DNA of 64,000 nt from Planctomycetota bacterium (GTDB lineage: Bacteria > Planctomycetota > GCA-002687715 > CAIWVZ01), in NCBI GenBank assembly GCA_044222185.1, contig JBGANV010000001.1:448001-512000 (forward strand). The letters are read 5' to 3'. Numbering within the stretch: the stretch's first letter is position 1; each line of letters starts with the position of its first letter. The notes under the pieces are model-generated. The model made no database searches. It saw only the letters and a list, made by a program, of their open reading frames with translations, and was not told the DNA's origin. Of this stretch, positions 8,903 to 17,949 are shown piece after piece. The translations under genes were made by a program, and so were the position numbers.

Positions 8903-11635
8903 TCAGTGGGCTTCGAGCCAGTTACGGCCCGTGCCCATGTCGACGCGCAGCGGGACGCGGAGGTCCCATACGGTTTCCATTCCCGCCCGGACGAGTTCCT
9001 GGACATCGGGCAGTTCGGAGGTTGGAACGTCGAGCACCAGTTCGTCGTGCACCTGGAGGATCAGCCGCGCCTGCAGGTGCCTCGATCCGAGTTCCCTGTG
9101 GATGTTGATCATCGCGACCTTGATGAGGTCGGCTGCGGATCCCTGGATCGGCGTGTTCACCGCCATGTTCTCGGCCTGCGCGCGCAGCATCCCGTTCGGC
9201 GAGTTGATGTCGGTGATCGTCCGGCGTCGTCCGAGGATCGTCGTGACGAAGCCGTCTTCGCGGGCCTTCGCCTTGAGGCCGTCGAGGAAGCCCCGAACCT
9301 TGGGGAAGGCCGCGAAGTAGCGGTCGATGAACTGCCGGGCTTCATCGACGGTGAGGCCGGTCTCGCGGGCGAGTCGCTGCGGACCCATTCCGTAGAGGAT
9401 GCCGAAGTTGATCGCCTTGGCCCGGCTGCGCGTGGCGGGATCCACCGCATCCGGTGTGATGCCGAACACCCGTGCGGCGGTCTCGCGGTGGATGTCCCTG
9501 CCGGCGACGAACGCAGAGATGAGGGCATCGTCCTGGGCGAAATGCGCCAGCAGACGAAGCTCGATCTGGGAGTAGTCGGCTGACAGCAGCACCCAGTCAT
9601 CGGCGGTGGGCAGGAACGCGAGGCGGATCTTCTTCCCGGCCTCGGTGCGGATCGGGATGTTCTGCAGGTTCGGGTTGCTCGACGACAGGCGTCCGGTGGC
9701 TGCGACGGCCTGGTTGTACGAGGTGTGGATCCGCCCGTCGGATCCGACGAGGTCGGGGAGTGGCTGCACGTAGGTGCCCACGAGCTTCGTGACCGAGCGG
9801 TACTCGAGGATCTTGCGGCAGATCTCCACGTCCCCCAGTTCCTCGAGGACTTCCTGGCCGGTCGCCCATCCCGTCTTGGTCTTCTTCGGCTTGTAGCCGA
9901 TCGGCTCGTGGACCTTCAGCGTCTCGAAGAGGAACTCGCCAAGTTGCTTGGGGCTGTTCGGGTTGAACCCCGGGCCGGCGATGGCGCGGATCTCGTCGCC
10001 GAGGCGCTCGGCATTCTCGAGGAGCGTCGCGGCCATCTTCTTCAGCAGTGAGCGGTCGACGCGGACGCCGACTTCTTCCATGTCGGCGAGGACGTAGAGC
10101 AGCGGCAGTTCGACCTCGTCGTGCAGGCGGCGGAGCTGCTTCTGATCCAGTTCGGGTCCGAACAACTCGGCGAGCCGGCGCGTGTAGTCGGCGTCCTCGG
10201 CCGCGTACTCGGCCACGGCGTCGACTGGTACCAGGTCCATCGTGATCTGGTTCTTGCCCGTGCCGATGAGCTCCTCGGTCCGGATCTTCTGGTAACCGAA
10301 GTATCGCAGCGAGAGCGCGTCGAGTCCGTGCTCGCGGGCGCCCGGGTCCACCAGGTACGCCGCAAGCATCGTGTCCATGCGCAAACCGGCGACGCGGACG
10401 CCGTGCCCGCGGAGGACGAGCATGTCGTACTTGGCGTTCTGGCCGCATTTCGTCGGTCGGGACGACTCGAGGAACGGGCGGAGCCGCTCCAGGACCGCGT
10501 AGCCGCGAAACGGTGCGTCCCGTTTGTCGGGAACGACGGGCGGGTCGGCGTTCATGGGGATGTACCACGCCTCACCGGTCTTCACGCTGAACGACACGCC
10601 GACGAGCCGGGCCTGCCGGGGATCCAGCGACGTGGTTTCCGTGTCGACCGACACGAGTTCGGCGGCCTCGACCTCACGAAGGACGGCCTCGAGTTCGTCG
10701 GCCGTCTTCACTTGCACGTACCCCGCGTGCGCACGGCGTGGTGCTTCGGCGAACGCCTGCGCTAGCGAACGGAACTCGAGCTCCCGGTACAGCGGCCCCG
10801 CGACGGCGGCGTTCCCGCCGGAGAACTTCAGGTCGTCCAACGTCTGGTCGAGAGGGCAGTGGGTCTCGATCGTCACGAGGCGTTTCGTGAGGTGTGCGAG
10901 TTCGCGGTTCGATTGCAGCGCCGCCCGCACCTTCGGTGATTGCGTCGGGCCGCCTTCGAGCACGGCATCCAGGTTCCCAAAGTCCTGGATGAGCTTGATC
11001 GCGGTCTTCTCTCCGATCCCGGGAACGCCCGGCGCGTTGTCGCTGGCGTCTCCCATGAGAGCGAGGACGTCCACGACCTGCTCGGGAGCCACGCCGAACT
11101 TCTCGCGGACTCCAGCGCGGTCGATCACGATCGCGTCCTGGTCGCCCCGGGGCAGCTGGTAGACGCGGATCCGGTCGTCGACGAGCTGGAGGAAGTCCTT
11201 GTCGCCGGTCACCAGCCAGCAGTCGAGCTGCGCGTCACGGGCCTGCACGGCGAGGGTTCCCATGACGTCGTCGGCCTCGAAGCCGGGCTTTGCCAACGCG
11301 GGGACGCCCTCGGCCGCGCAAACCTGCCGGAGCAGGTCCAGCTGGGCGACGAGCTCCTCAGGCATTCTCTCGCGCGTCGCTTTGTAGTCGGCGTACAGGG
11401 CGTGTCGGAACGTCGGCTCGGCCGAATCGAACACGACGGCCGCATGGGTCGGCCGGATCCGTTCGAGCAACCGGTGGAGCTCCATGGCGAAACCGTAAGT
11501 GGCGCCCGTGGGCGTGCCATCCGCCCGGGACAGGCCCGAGCTCGTCATGGCGAAGTGCGAGCGATACGCGAGGGCAGAACCGTCGACGAGCATCAGGCCC
11601 CCGGACGGAACGGGACCGGTGGATTTGGTTGGCAT
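8903..11635 (-). CDS. polA: DNA polymerase I
   Basis: 5' nuclease motifs (LVDG..LAYR, FEADD, TGDKD, LMGDASDN.PGVPGIG.KTA); intact 3'-5' exo motifs (DTET, NAKYD, YAAED); polymerase motifs ADYSQIELR, AKAINFGILYG, QVHDEL. Exact start uncertain (11659/11635/11593). Confidence 0.97.
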   Translation of the reverse strand: MPTKSTGPVPSGGLMLVDGSALAYRSHFAMTSSGLSRADGTPTGATYGFAMELHRLLERIRPTHAAVVFDSAEPTFRHALYADYKATRERMPEELVAQLDLLRQVCAAEGVPALAKPGFEADDVMGTLAVQARDAQLDCWLVTGDKDFLQLVDDRIRVYQLPRGDQDAIVIDRAGVREKFGVAPEQVVDVLALMGDASDNAPGVPGIGEKTAIKLIQDFGNLDAVLEGGPTQSPKVRAALQSNRELAHLTKRLVTIETHCPLDQTLDDLKFSGGNAAVAGPLYRELEFRSLAQAFAEAPRRAHAGYVQVKTADELEAVLREVEAAELVSVDTETTSLDPRQARLVGVSFSVKTGEAWYIPMNADPPVVPDKRDAPFRGYAVLERLRPFLESSRPTKCGQNAKYDMLVLRGHGVRVAGLRMDTMLAAYLVDPGAREHGLDALSLRYFGYQKIRTEELIGTGKNQITMDLVPVDAVAEYAAEDADYTRRLAELFGPELDQKQLRRLHDEVELPLLYVLADMEEVGVRVDRSLLKKMAATLLENAERLGDEIRAIAGPGFNPNSPKQLGEFLFETLKVHEPIGYKPKKTKTGWATGQEVLEELGDVEICRKILEYRSVTKLVGTYVQPLPDLVGSDGRIHTSYNQAVAATGRLSSSNPNLQNIPIRTEAGKKIRLAFLPTADDWVLLSADYSQIELRLLAHFAQDDALISAFVAGRDIHRETAARVFGITPDAVDPATRSRAKAINFGILYGMGPQRLARETGLTVDEARQFIDRYFAAFPKVRGFLDGLKAKAREDGFVTTILGRRRTITDINSPNGMLRAQAENMAVNTPIQGSAADLIKVAMINIHRELGSRHLQARLILQVHDELVLDVPTSELPDVQELVRAGMETVWDLRVPLRVDMGTGRNWLEAH

Positions 11636-11758
11636 GGGGGGGCCTTTCACTGTGGGCAATCGCGCTTATTCCCGATCGGGGGCGGGATTATACTGCCATC
11701 GAGAGACCATCGAGGTGCCGCCCCGTGGTCTCACCCTTGCGGACAAGCCGAGGCCCAT

Positions 11759-14700
11759 TTGCCAGTACCCAAACAGTTCATCGGGGAGACGATCGCGCAT
11801 CGATTCGATGTGACGTCGATCATTCAGCGCAGCGACTTCTCGGTGGTCACGAGAGCCCTTGACCGCCTGTCTGGGGGCGCCGAGGTCGTCCTCAAGCTGG
11901 CACTCGACCGTGATCGACGGACGGGACGAGCGCGCCGACTCGTGAACGAGTACTCCACGATCGCCGACATCCGCCACCCGGGGATCCCGACGGTCATCGA
12001 CTTCGGCACGGATGCGGCGCACGACGTGACCTACCTCGCCATGGAACGCGCCCCAGGGCGAACCCTCGACACGTTCCGGCCCATGAGTGCGACCGAAGCG
12101 GTTCCACCCTTCGTCGAGGCCCTTCGAACGCTCGCCTTCATCCACGACCGAGGTCTCGTCCATTTCGACGTCAAGCCGACCAACCTCATCTGGGATTCGG
12201 CGACGAAACGTCTCTACCTCATCGACTTCGACCTGGCCGGGCCGGCCGGGCTCTCGTCGCGCGGCTCGGCGCTCTACGTGGCCCCCGAGGTGATCCACGC
12301 GGGTCACTCCGCCGACCTTCGCGCCGATCTCTATTCACTCGCGGCAGCGTTCATCGACGTGTTGGGTGGCAGCCTGTCGACGCCGGACGAGCAGCGGTCG
12401 CTGGAAGTCCCGCATGCCGGGACTTCCCTCGGCGAGGTGCTGGCCCGGTGCGTCCGTCGCGATCCCGAGGAGCGGTTCCGCGACGCTCGTGCCTGCATCA
12501 AGCGCTTGATCGAACTGGGCGCCGACGTCGCGCCGGAGCGCGAGCGCATGCGCCGCGCCCGATACTTTTCGCCGCCGTGGATTTCGCGGGCCGCCGTCAT
12601 CGATCGCACGCTGCACGACATCCCCGAGGGCAGCGCGCGATCCCCCGGTGCATCCGTCGTCGCGATCAAGGGCGTCGCGGGCGTGGGGAAGACGCGCCTC
12701 GTCGACCACCTCGTCATGAAGTGGCGCATCGCCGGGTTGACGGTCCACGTCGTGCGGCCCGGCGCCGTGCCTGTCACGGAGACGCTCCGGCCGGTGAGAG
12801 ACCTGCTGGTGCGGCTCGAAGCCGCAGGCGCGCCCGCCGGAAGTCTTGGCGAATTGCCGTCGAGTGGGCGGGACCGGCTCGGACACTTCGATCGGCTGGC
12901 GCACCGGGTCTTCGAAGCGGCCCGCAGGAAGCGCACGGTGATCGTGTTCGAGGACCTCGAACGCTTCGATCGTCCGAGTCGTGACTTCCTGGTCCACTTC
13001 TTCCGGTACCTCACCGACGAAACCGGCGCCGCGACGGAAACGCGCCAGGTGCACGCGCTGACGACGTTCCGGTCGGCGGAGCTCCAGGACGACACACTCA
13101 AGGCCTGGTTCGAGGTCGAGTCGGAGAGCGGCGGTGCGACGGTCCTGACGCTCGAGCCCTTCGCCAACCACGAAGCGACGAGGTTCGTCCAGAGCATCGT
13201 TTCCGGCAGTGGCATGCCCATGCCGCCGGACTCGCTGATCGCTCGGTGTCAGGGAGTTGCCGCCACGCTGCGCGACCTCGTGCGGAGCTGGGTCGAATCG
13301 GGCGGCGCGCCGGACCGGGAGTTCCCGGCGGCGAGCGGTGCGGACGGCAGGCTTTCGCGACTCCCGATCACTGAACGGCGTCTGTTGCAGCTCGTCGCTG
13401 CCTCACCATTCGGACTGAGATCGACCGTCGTGCGCGCGCTCGACGTACAGGACGCGGTGAAGGCGGTCGAACGCCTCCTCGACGCTGACGAGTTGACCGA
13501 GCAGGCGGGCCGGCTGCACATAGCCGATCCGGCGCTTGCCACGGCGGTGCTCCGTACTTCCACTCCGGGCGATCGCGCATCGGACCATCGCCTTCTCGCG
13601 CGGGCGTACGCGGTCGAGTCCGGGGCGCAGGACGACGCCGCGCGACACGCGTTGCTCGCCGGTGATACCGATGCGGGCCTCGCGCTCGCCTGGGACGCCG
13701 TTCCAGGAATGCAGGAGCGGGGCGAGGAAGAAGAGGTCGTCCGCCTCCTGACCGACGTCATCGCGCAGGCCAGGTTCCGCCCGTTCGCCGTTCGCTGGGC
13801 CTCGCTCGTGTTGTCCGACGTGCACCTCGCGCGCGGCCAGCTCGCGAAGGCGCGGGCCGTCGTCGCCGTGCTCGGTGGGGATCACACGACGGACCCGGCG
13901 TTGGCGCTTCGTCTGGCCCGCGTCTCATTTCGCGAGGGCGACCACGAGTCGGCGCAGCGACACCTCAACGCCGCGCTTCATCGGGCGGCACCGCTCGAAC
14001 CCGAGGACGAAGCCGATCTTCTGCTGGAACTCGCGACGATGCTGCGCGCGGTCGGTCGTGGCGCCGAAGCGCGCACGGCGCTGGATCGCGCGACCCCGCT
14101 CTTTGCATCCGTGCTGCCGCTGGATGAGTTCGCGCAGCCGCACGCGCCCATCGACGGAGTCCGAGCGCCACGATTCACCTGGCTCGAGCACCGCGGGCCG
14201 CAAATCGCCAACTACCTGTTCATTCGCGGCGACGTCGAACGTCAGAACGGCGACCTGTCTGGCGCCCTCCGCTGCCATCTCGGCGGGTTGAAAGTCGTTG
14301 CGAGGCTCCGCGACGCGGTCGGGCTCGGGCGCGTCACGCATGCCGTCGGGACCGTCTACATGGCGGCCTCGCGACCCGAACTCGCGGAACGATGGTTCAT
14401 GCGCGCGTTGCGGCTCCGCCGCGAGGCCGGTGATCTGGTCGGGCTCGCCGACACGGCGAACAACCTGGGCGTGCTCATGCGCCGCCTCAAGCGGACGGTC
14501 GAGGCGATCGAGCACTTCACCGTGAGTCTCCGGTTCCGGCGCCAGCTGGGACACGCGGCGGGGGAGGGGTACTCCTACCTGAACATCGCGAACGTCTATT
14601 ACGAGCGCCGCGAGCTCGACGCGGCGATCCGCTACTACAAGCGCGCACTCACCGTGGCGCAGCGGCTGAACGACGCGCGAGTGCAGGCCCAGGTCTTGAA

Positions 14701-17242
14701 CAACCTGGGGGCCGTCGCACACCTGCGATGCCAGCCCGAGGACGCAATCCGCAACTACCGCGAGGCCGAAGCGCTGAGCCGGATGCTTGGTGATGTGGAC
14801 GCCGCGCTCTATCAGCGACTGAACCTGGCGGACGCGCACATCCAACTGGGGCTACTCGGCGAGGCGGAGCGACTGATCGTCACGGTCGAGCGCGCGCAGC
14901 GGGTCAGGACCTCGTCCGACATGCAGGCGCGCATCGGGCTTCTGCGGGCGCGAGCCGCGTGCGGGCGCGGCGACCTGGAGGAAGCCGCGACGATCCTCGC
15001 CCGGCTCGATTCCTTCGGCGATCTCACCGAGGACCTGATCGAAGAGATCCATACGGACCTCGCGCTCTGCGAGGCCGAGCGCGGCCGTACCGCTGCCGTC
15101 ATCAACCTGACGCGAGCCGACGGGGAGCCGTCCTCACCCGAAACCCCCGCGCTTCGTTCGATCGCGCTTGGCATCGCGAGCCAGACGCTGACGGACGACG
15201 TGAAGCGCAAGGCCGTCGCCGATCTCGCCGAGGCCTCGCGGTTTGCGTCGAGGGCGCGCCTTCCAGGCCTGTCGCTCCGCGTGAACCGGGTGCTCGGGAT
15301 CGTGTATCGCGACCTCGGCGAGCGGCCCCGTGCTCTCGCGGCGTTCGTCGAGGCGTTCGAGTCTCTCGAACAGATCGTCGCGGGATTCTCCGATCCGACC
15401 CTGGCGGAGAGCTTCGTCGCATCGAGGCAGGTCCGCCTGCTGGAGGAAGAGGTGGAGGCGTTCGGGAACGAGGTCGCGCGTGCGCGGCCCGAGACACGCT
15501 CCACGGCTACGCGGCAGCTCCTCCGGCAGTTGAAGGACGCGCTCTTCGACGCCGAGCGGGCCGTCGGACCCGTCTACGGCGACGCCCGTCGCAGCGGGGA
15601 GAGCATTCGCCGAATTCTCGACGTAGCGCGCGCCCTCTCGAGCACCACGCCGCTGGACGACCTCCTGCGGCAAGTCGTCGACGGGGTCATCGACTTCTCG
15701 GGGGCCGAGCGGGGCTACATCATCCTCATCGACGAGCGTGGGAGACTTCGCATCCCGGTCGCACGGGATCGTGCACGGGAGGGAATCTCCGAGCCGGAAC
15801 ATCAGATCTCACGGCGGCTCGTGGACGAGGTGGTGAGGAGCCGACGGGGTCTGCGGATCGACAATGCGATGGCCGACGGGCGCCTCGTGCCCGCGGCGTC
15901 CGTCGCGAATCTCGAGCTCCGCTCGGTCATGTGTGCGCCGCTGATGCGGGGGGAGACGCTCTTCGGCATCCTCTATGTCGACAACCGATCGCGTGTCGCG
16001 CATTTCACGGAGTCGGATCTCGAGCTTCTGGACATCCTGGCCCTGCAGATCGCAATCGCCCTCGAGAATGCCCGACTCGTTCGCGAGTTCGTGCGAAGTG
16101 AGCGCCTGAAGGTCATCGGCAACCTCGCCGGAGGCGTTGCGCACGACTTCAACAACCTCCTGGCGGTGATCGCCGGCCGGGCCCAATACCTGCTCGAACG
16201 CCTCGATGACACGGAGGTCGCCGCTTCCGTTCGCACGATCGAGACCGCGGCACGCGACGGTGGCGTCATCGTGCGTCGGCTCCAGGACTTCGCTCGCGTT
16301 CGTCGTGAAGCCGACTTCGAGAGCCTCAGCGTGGCCGCGATCGTCGCCGACGTCGTGGAGTTCACGCGAACCAAGTGGCAGCGCGCGACCATGGCGCGCG
16401 GTCAGCGGATCGACGTCACGATCGACGTCCAGTCAGGCCTTCACGTCCGCGGGAGCGCCACCGAGCTTCGCGAGGTCTTCGTCAACATCATGCTCAACGC
16501 GATCACGGCGCTGCAGGACACGGGCGGGACGATCGCGTTCTCGGCGCGCCGGGTCGACCAACGCGTGGTGATCACCGTCGCCGACGACGGGCCCGGCATG
16601 ACGGAGGAAGTGCGCGAGAACATATTCGACCCTTATTTCACGACGCGCGGAGCGGCCGGCACCGGCCTCGGCATGAGCATCGTTTACGGAATCGTCGCCC
16701 GTCATCAGGGCTCGATCCGCGTCGAGAGCCGCGTCGGAGAGGGAACGCGACTGATCTGCGAGCTGCCGCGGGCCGAGGAGGTCGAGGTCGTCCATACGCA
16801 CTTCCGGCGTCCGAAGGCCAAGCGCGAAGGCCGGCGCATCCTCGTCGTGGATGACGAGCCGAGCGTGCGGAACGTCCTCATCGACCTCTTGCGAAGCGCG
16901 GGGTTCAACGTCTCCGGCGCAGGGAGCGGAACGGAGGCGATCGAGGCGTTCCGGAACACGCCGTTCGACGCCGTGCTCACCGACCTGGGTATGGTGCCGC
17001 TGAACGGATGGGACGTGGCACAGGCGATCAAGGCGATGGACCCGGCGGTGTCCGTGGTGCTCGTCACGGGGTGGGGCGCCGAAATCGAACTGACGGCTGC
17101 GAAGTCGTTCGGCGTCGACGTCCTGCTACGGAAGCCGTCCGACCTCCCGAACCTCGTGCCGACCGTCGACGACGCGATCGGTGTCACCGACGAGCGCCGG
17201 AGTGGCGGACGCCACGGTGCGTCCGCGCATGAGTCTGCGTGA
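11759..17242 (+). CDS. Hybrid Ser/Thr kinase - P-loop ATPase - TPR - GAF - histidine kinase - receiver protein
   Basis: Kinase VVLK, HFDVKPTN, DFDLA, YVAPE; Walker A GVAGVGKT and Walker B VIVFED; TPR-like NNLG repeats; GAF (SVMCAPL..GILYVDN); HisKA AHDFNNLL; HATPase N/G1/F/G2 boxes; REC VVDDE..TDLGM..KP. Start placed at TTG 11759 (GAGG upstream) because the upstream part of the ORF overlaps polA. Confidence 0.9.
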   Translation: MPVPKQFIGETIAHRFDVTSIIQRSDFSVVTRALDRLSGGAEVVLKLALDRDRRTGRARRLVNEYSTIADIRHPGIPTVIDFGTDAAHDVTYLAMERAPGRTLDTFRPMSATEAVPPFVEALRTLAFIHDRGLVHFDVKPTNLIWDSATKRLYLIDFDLAGPAGLSSRGSALYVAPEVIHAGHSADLRADLYSLAAAFIDVLGGSLSTPDEQRSLEVPHAGTSLGEVLARCVRRDPEERFRDARACIKRLIELGADVAPERERMRRARYFSPPWISRAAVIDRTLHDIPEGSARSPGASVVAIKGVAGVGKTRLVDHLVMKWRIAGLTVHVVRPGAVPVTETLRPVRDLLVRLEAAGAPAGSLGELPSSGRDRLGHFDRLAHRVFEAARRKRTVIVFEDLERFDRPSRDFLVHFFRYLTDETGAATETRQVHALTTFRSAELQDDTLKAWFEVESESGGATVLTLEPFANHEATRFVQSIVSGSGMPMPPDSLIARCQGVAATLRDLVRSWVESGGAPDREFPAASGADGRLSRLPITERRLLQLVAASPFGLRSTVVRALDVQDAVKAVERLLDADELTEQAGRLHIADPALATAVLRTSTPGDRASDHRLLARAYAVESGAQDDAARHALLAGDTDAGLALAWDAVPGMQERGEEEEVVRLLTDVIAQARFRPFAVRWASLVLSDVHLARGQLAKARAVVAVLGGDHTTDPALALRLARVSFREGDHESAQRHLNAALHRAAPLEPEDEADLLLELATMLRAVGRGAEARTALDRATPLFASVLPLDEFAQPHAPIDGVRAPRFTWLEHRGPQIANYLFIRGDVERQNGDLSGALRCHLGGLKVVARLRDAVGLGRVTHAVGTVYMAASRPELAERWFMRALRLRREAGDLVGLADTANNLGVLMRRLKRTVEAIEHFTVSLRFRRQLGHAAGEGYSYLNIANVYYERRELDAAIRYYKRALTVAQRLNDARVQAQVLNNLGAVAHLRCQPEDAIRNYREAEALSRMLGDVDAALYQRLNLADAHIQLGLLGEAERLIVTVERAQRVRTSSDMQARIGLLRARAACGRGDLEEAATILARLDSFGDLTEDLIEEIHTDLALCEAERGRTAAVINLTRADGEPSSPETPALRSIALGIASQTLTDDVKRKAVADLAEASRFASRARLPGLSLRVNRVLGIVYRDLGERPRALAAFVEAFESLEQIVAGFSDPTLAESFVASRQVRLLEEEVEAFGNEVARARPETRSTATRQLLRQLKDALFDAERAVGPVYGDARRSGESIRRILDVARALSSTTPLDDLLRQVVDGVIDFSGAERGYIILIDERGRLRIPVARDRAREGISEPEHQISRRLVDEVVRSRRGLRIDNAMADGRLVPAASVANLELRSVMCAPLMRGETLFGILYVDNRSRVAHFTESDLELLDILALQIAIALENARLVREFVRSERLKVIGNLAGGVAHDFNNLLAVIAGRAQYLLERLDDTEVAASVRTIETAARDGGVIVRRLQDFARVRREADFESLSVAAIVADVVEFTRTKWQRATMARGQRIDVTIDVQSGLHVRGSATELREVFVNIMLNAITALQDTGGTIAFSARRVDQRVVITVADDGPGMTEEVRENIFDPYFTTRGAAGTGLGMSIVYGIVARHQGSIRVESRVGEGTRLICELPRAEEVEVVHTHFRRPKAKREGRRILVVDDEPSVRNVLIDLLRSAGFNVSGAGSGTEAIEAFRNTPFDAVLTDLGMVPLNGWDVAQAIKAMDPAVSVVLVTGWGAEIELTAAKSFGVDVLLRKPSDLPNLVPTVDDAIGVTDERRSGGRHGASAHESA

Positions 17243-17301
17243 GCCGAGACGCGAGGCAGTGCCGCCAATGCTCGGCGGCGCGAGATCCAACCGCGTCGAG
17301 G

Positions 17302-17739
17302 CTAGTTGATGATGTCGCCGATCACGGGACCACCGGTGCGCGCGACGATCTTCGTCGTGCCGTTCGGATCCACGAGCACGGCGACGGCGAACACCTGGTC
17401 ACCGACGAGAGCCGGGTCGTTCGGCATCATGCACGCGAGCGTTCCAACGATCGGGCCCGTCACGGACGTCGACGCGAGCCACACGCTGCCCGAAAGCGGG
17501 ATCGTGACGTTCCGGTTGCCCGCGGCCATGGTCGTCATCCCACTGTTGGACGTCCCGTAGTAGACGTACAGTGTCCCCCCCTGCGACGGCGTGGTGCCCC
17601 AGTCGAACGACATGATGGCGGGCGTCCCGATCGAGACTGATGACGGGAAGGTGAGCCCCAGGCTGGTGGGGGTGCCGGCGAACGACGACGTAGCGAACGA
17701 AAGAACGGCGACGGCAACGCAGAGGTTCGAACGGATCAT
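17302..17739 (-). CDS. Small secreted beta-rich hypothetical protein (145 aa)
   Basis: Signal peptide MIRSNLCVAVAVLSFATSSFA; GAGGAG SD upstream on the minus strand; T/G/V-rich mature part containing MPNDPALVG. Confidence 0.75.
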   Translation of the reverse strand: MIRSNLCVAVAVLSFATSSFAGTPTSLGLTFPSSVSIGTPAIMSFDWGTTPSQGGTLYVYYGTSNSGMTTMAAGNRNVTIPLSGSVWLASTSVTGPIVGTLACMMPNDPALVGDQVFAVAVLVDPNGTTKIVARTGGPVIGDIIN

Positions 17740-17949
17740 GGGGGGCACTCCTCGGACGACAAGCGTCCATCTCGTCAGTCGATCCAGGCCGAAGCGTTCG
17801 AGGCACCCGTGCAGAATTCCCAGCTGCGCAGATTCCCTTTTTTTTCCGGACCCCTCATTTGCAGAATGAGCGGTCATCGCGCACCGGCTTGGCCGGGCGG
17901 ATTCTAATCGTCGAGAGATCTTTTGCAGAGCTGACTCCGAAAAAAGCCG

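Noticed and set aside
10940-11758. N-terminal ~270 aa of the 2100-aa ORF
   Set aside because: Mostly antisense to polA and without domain signal; the real gene starts near TTG 11759.
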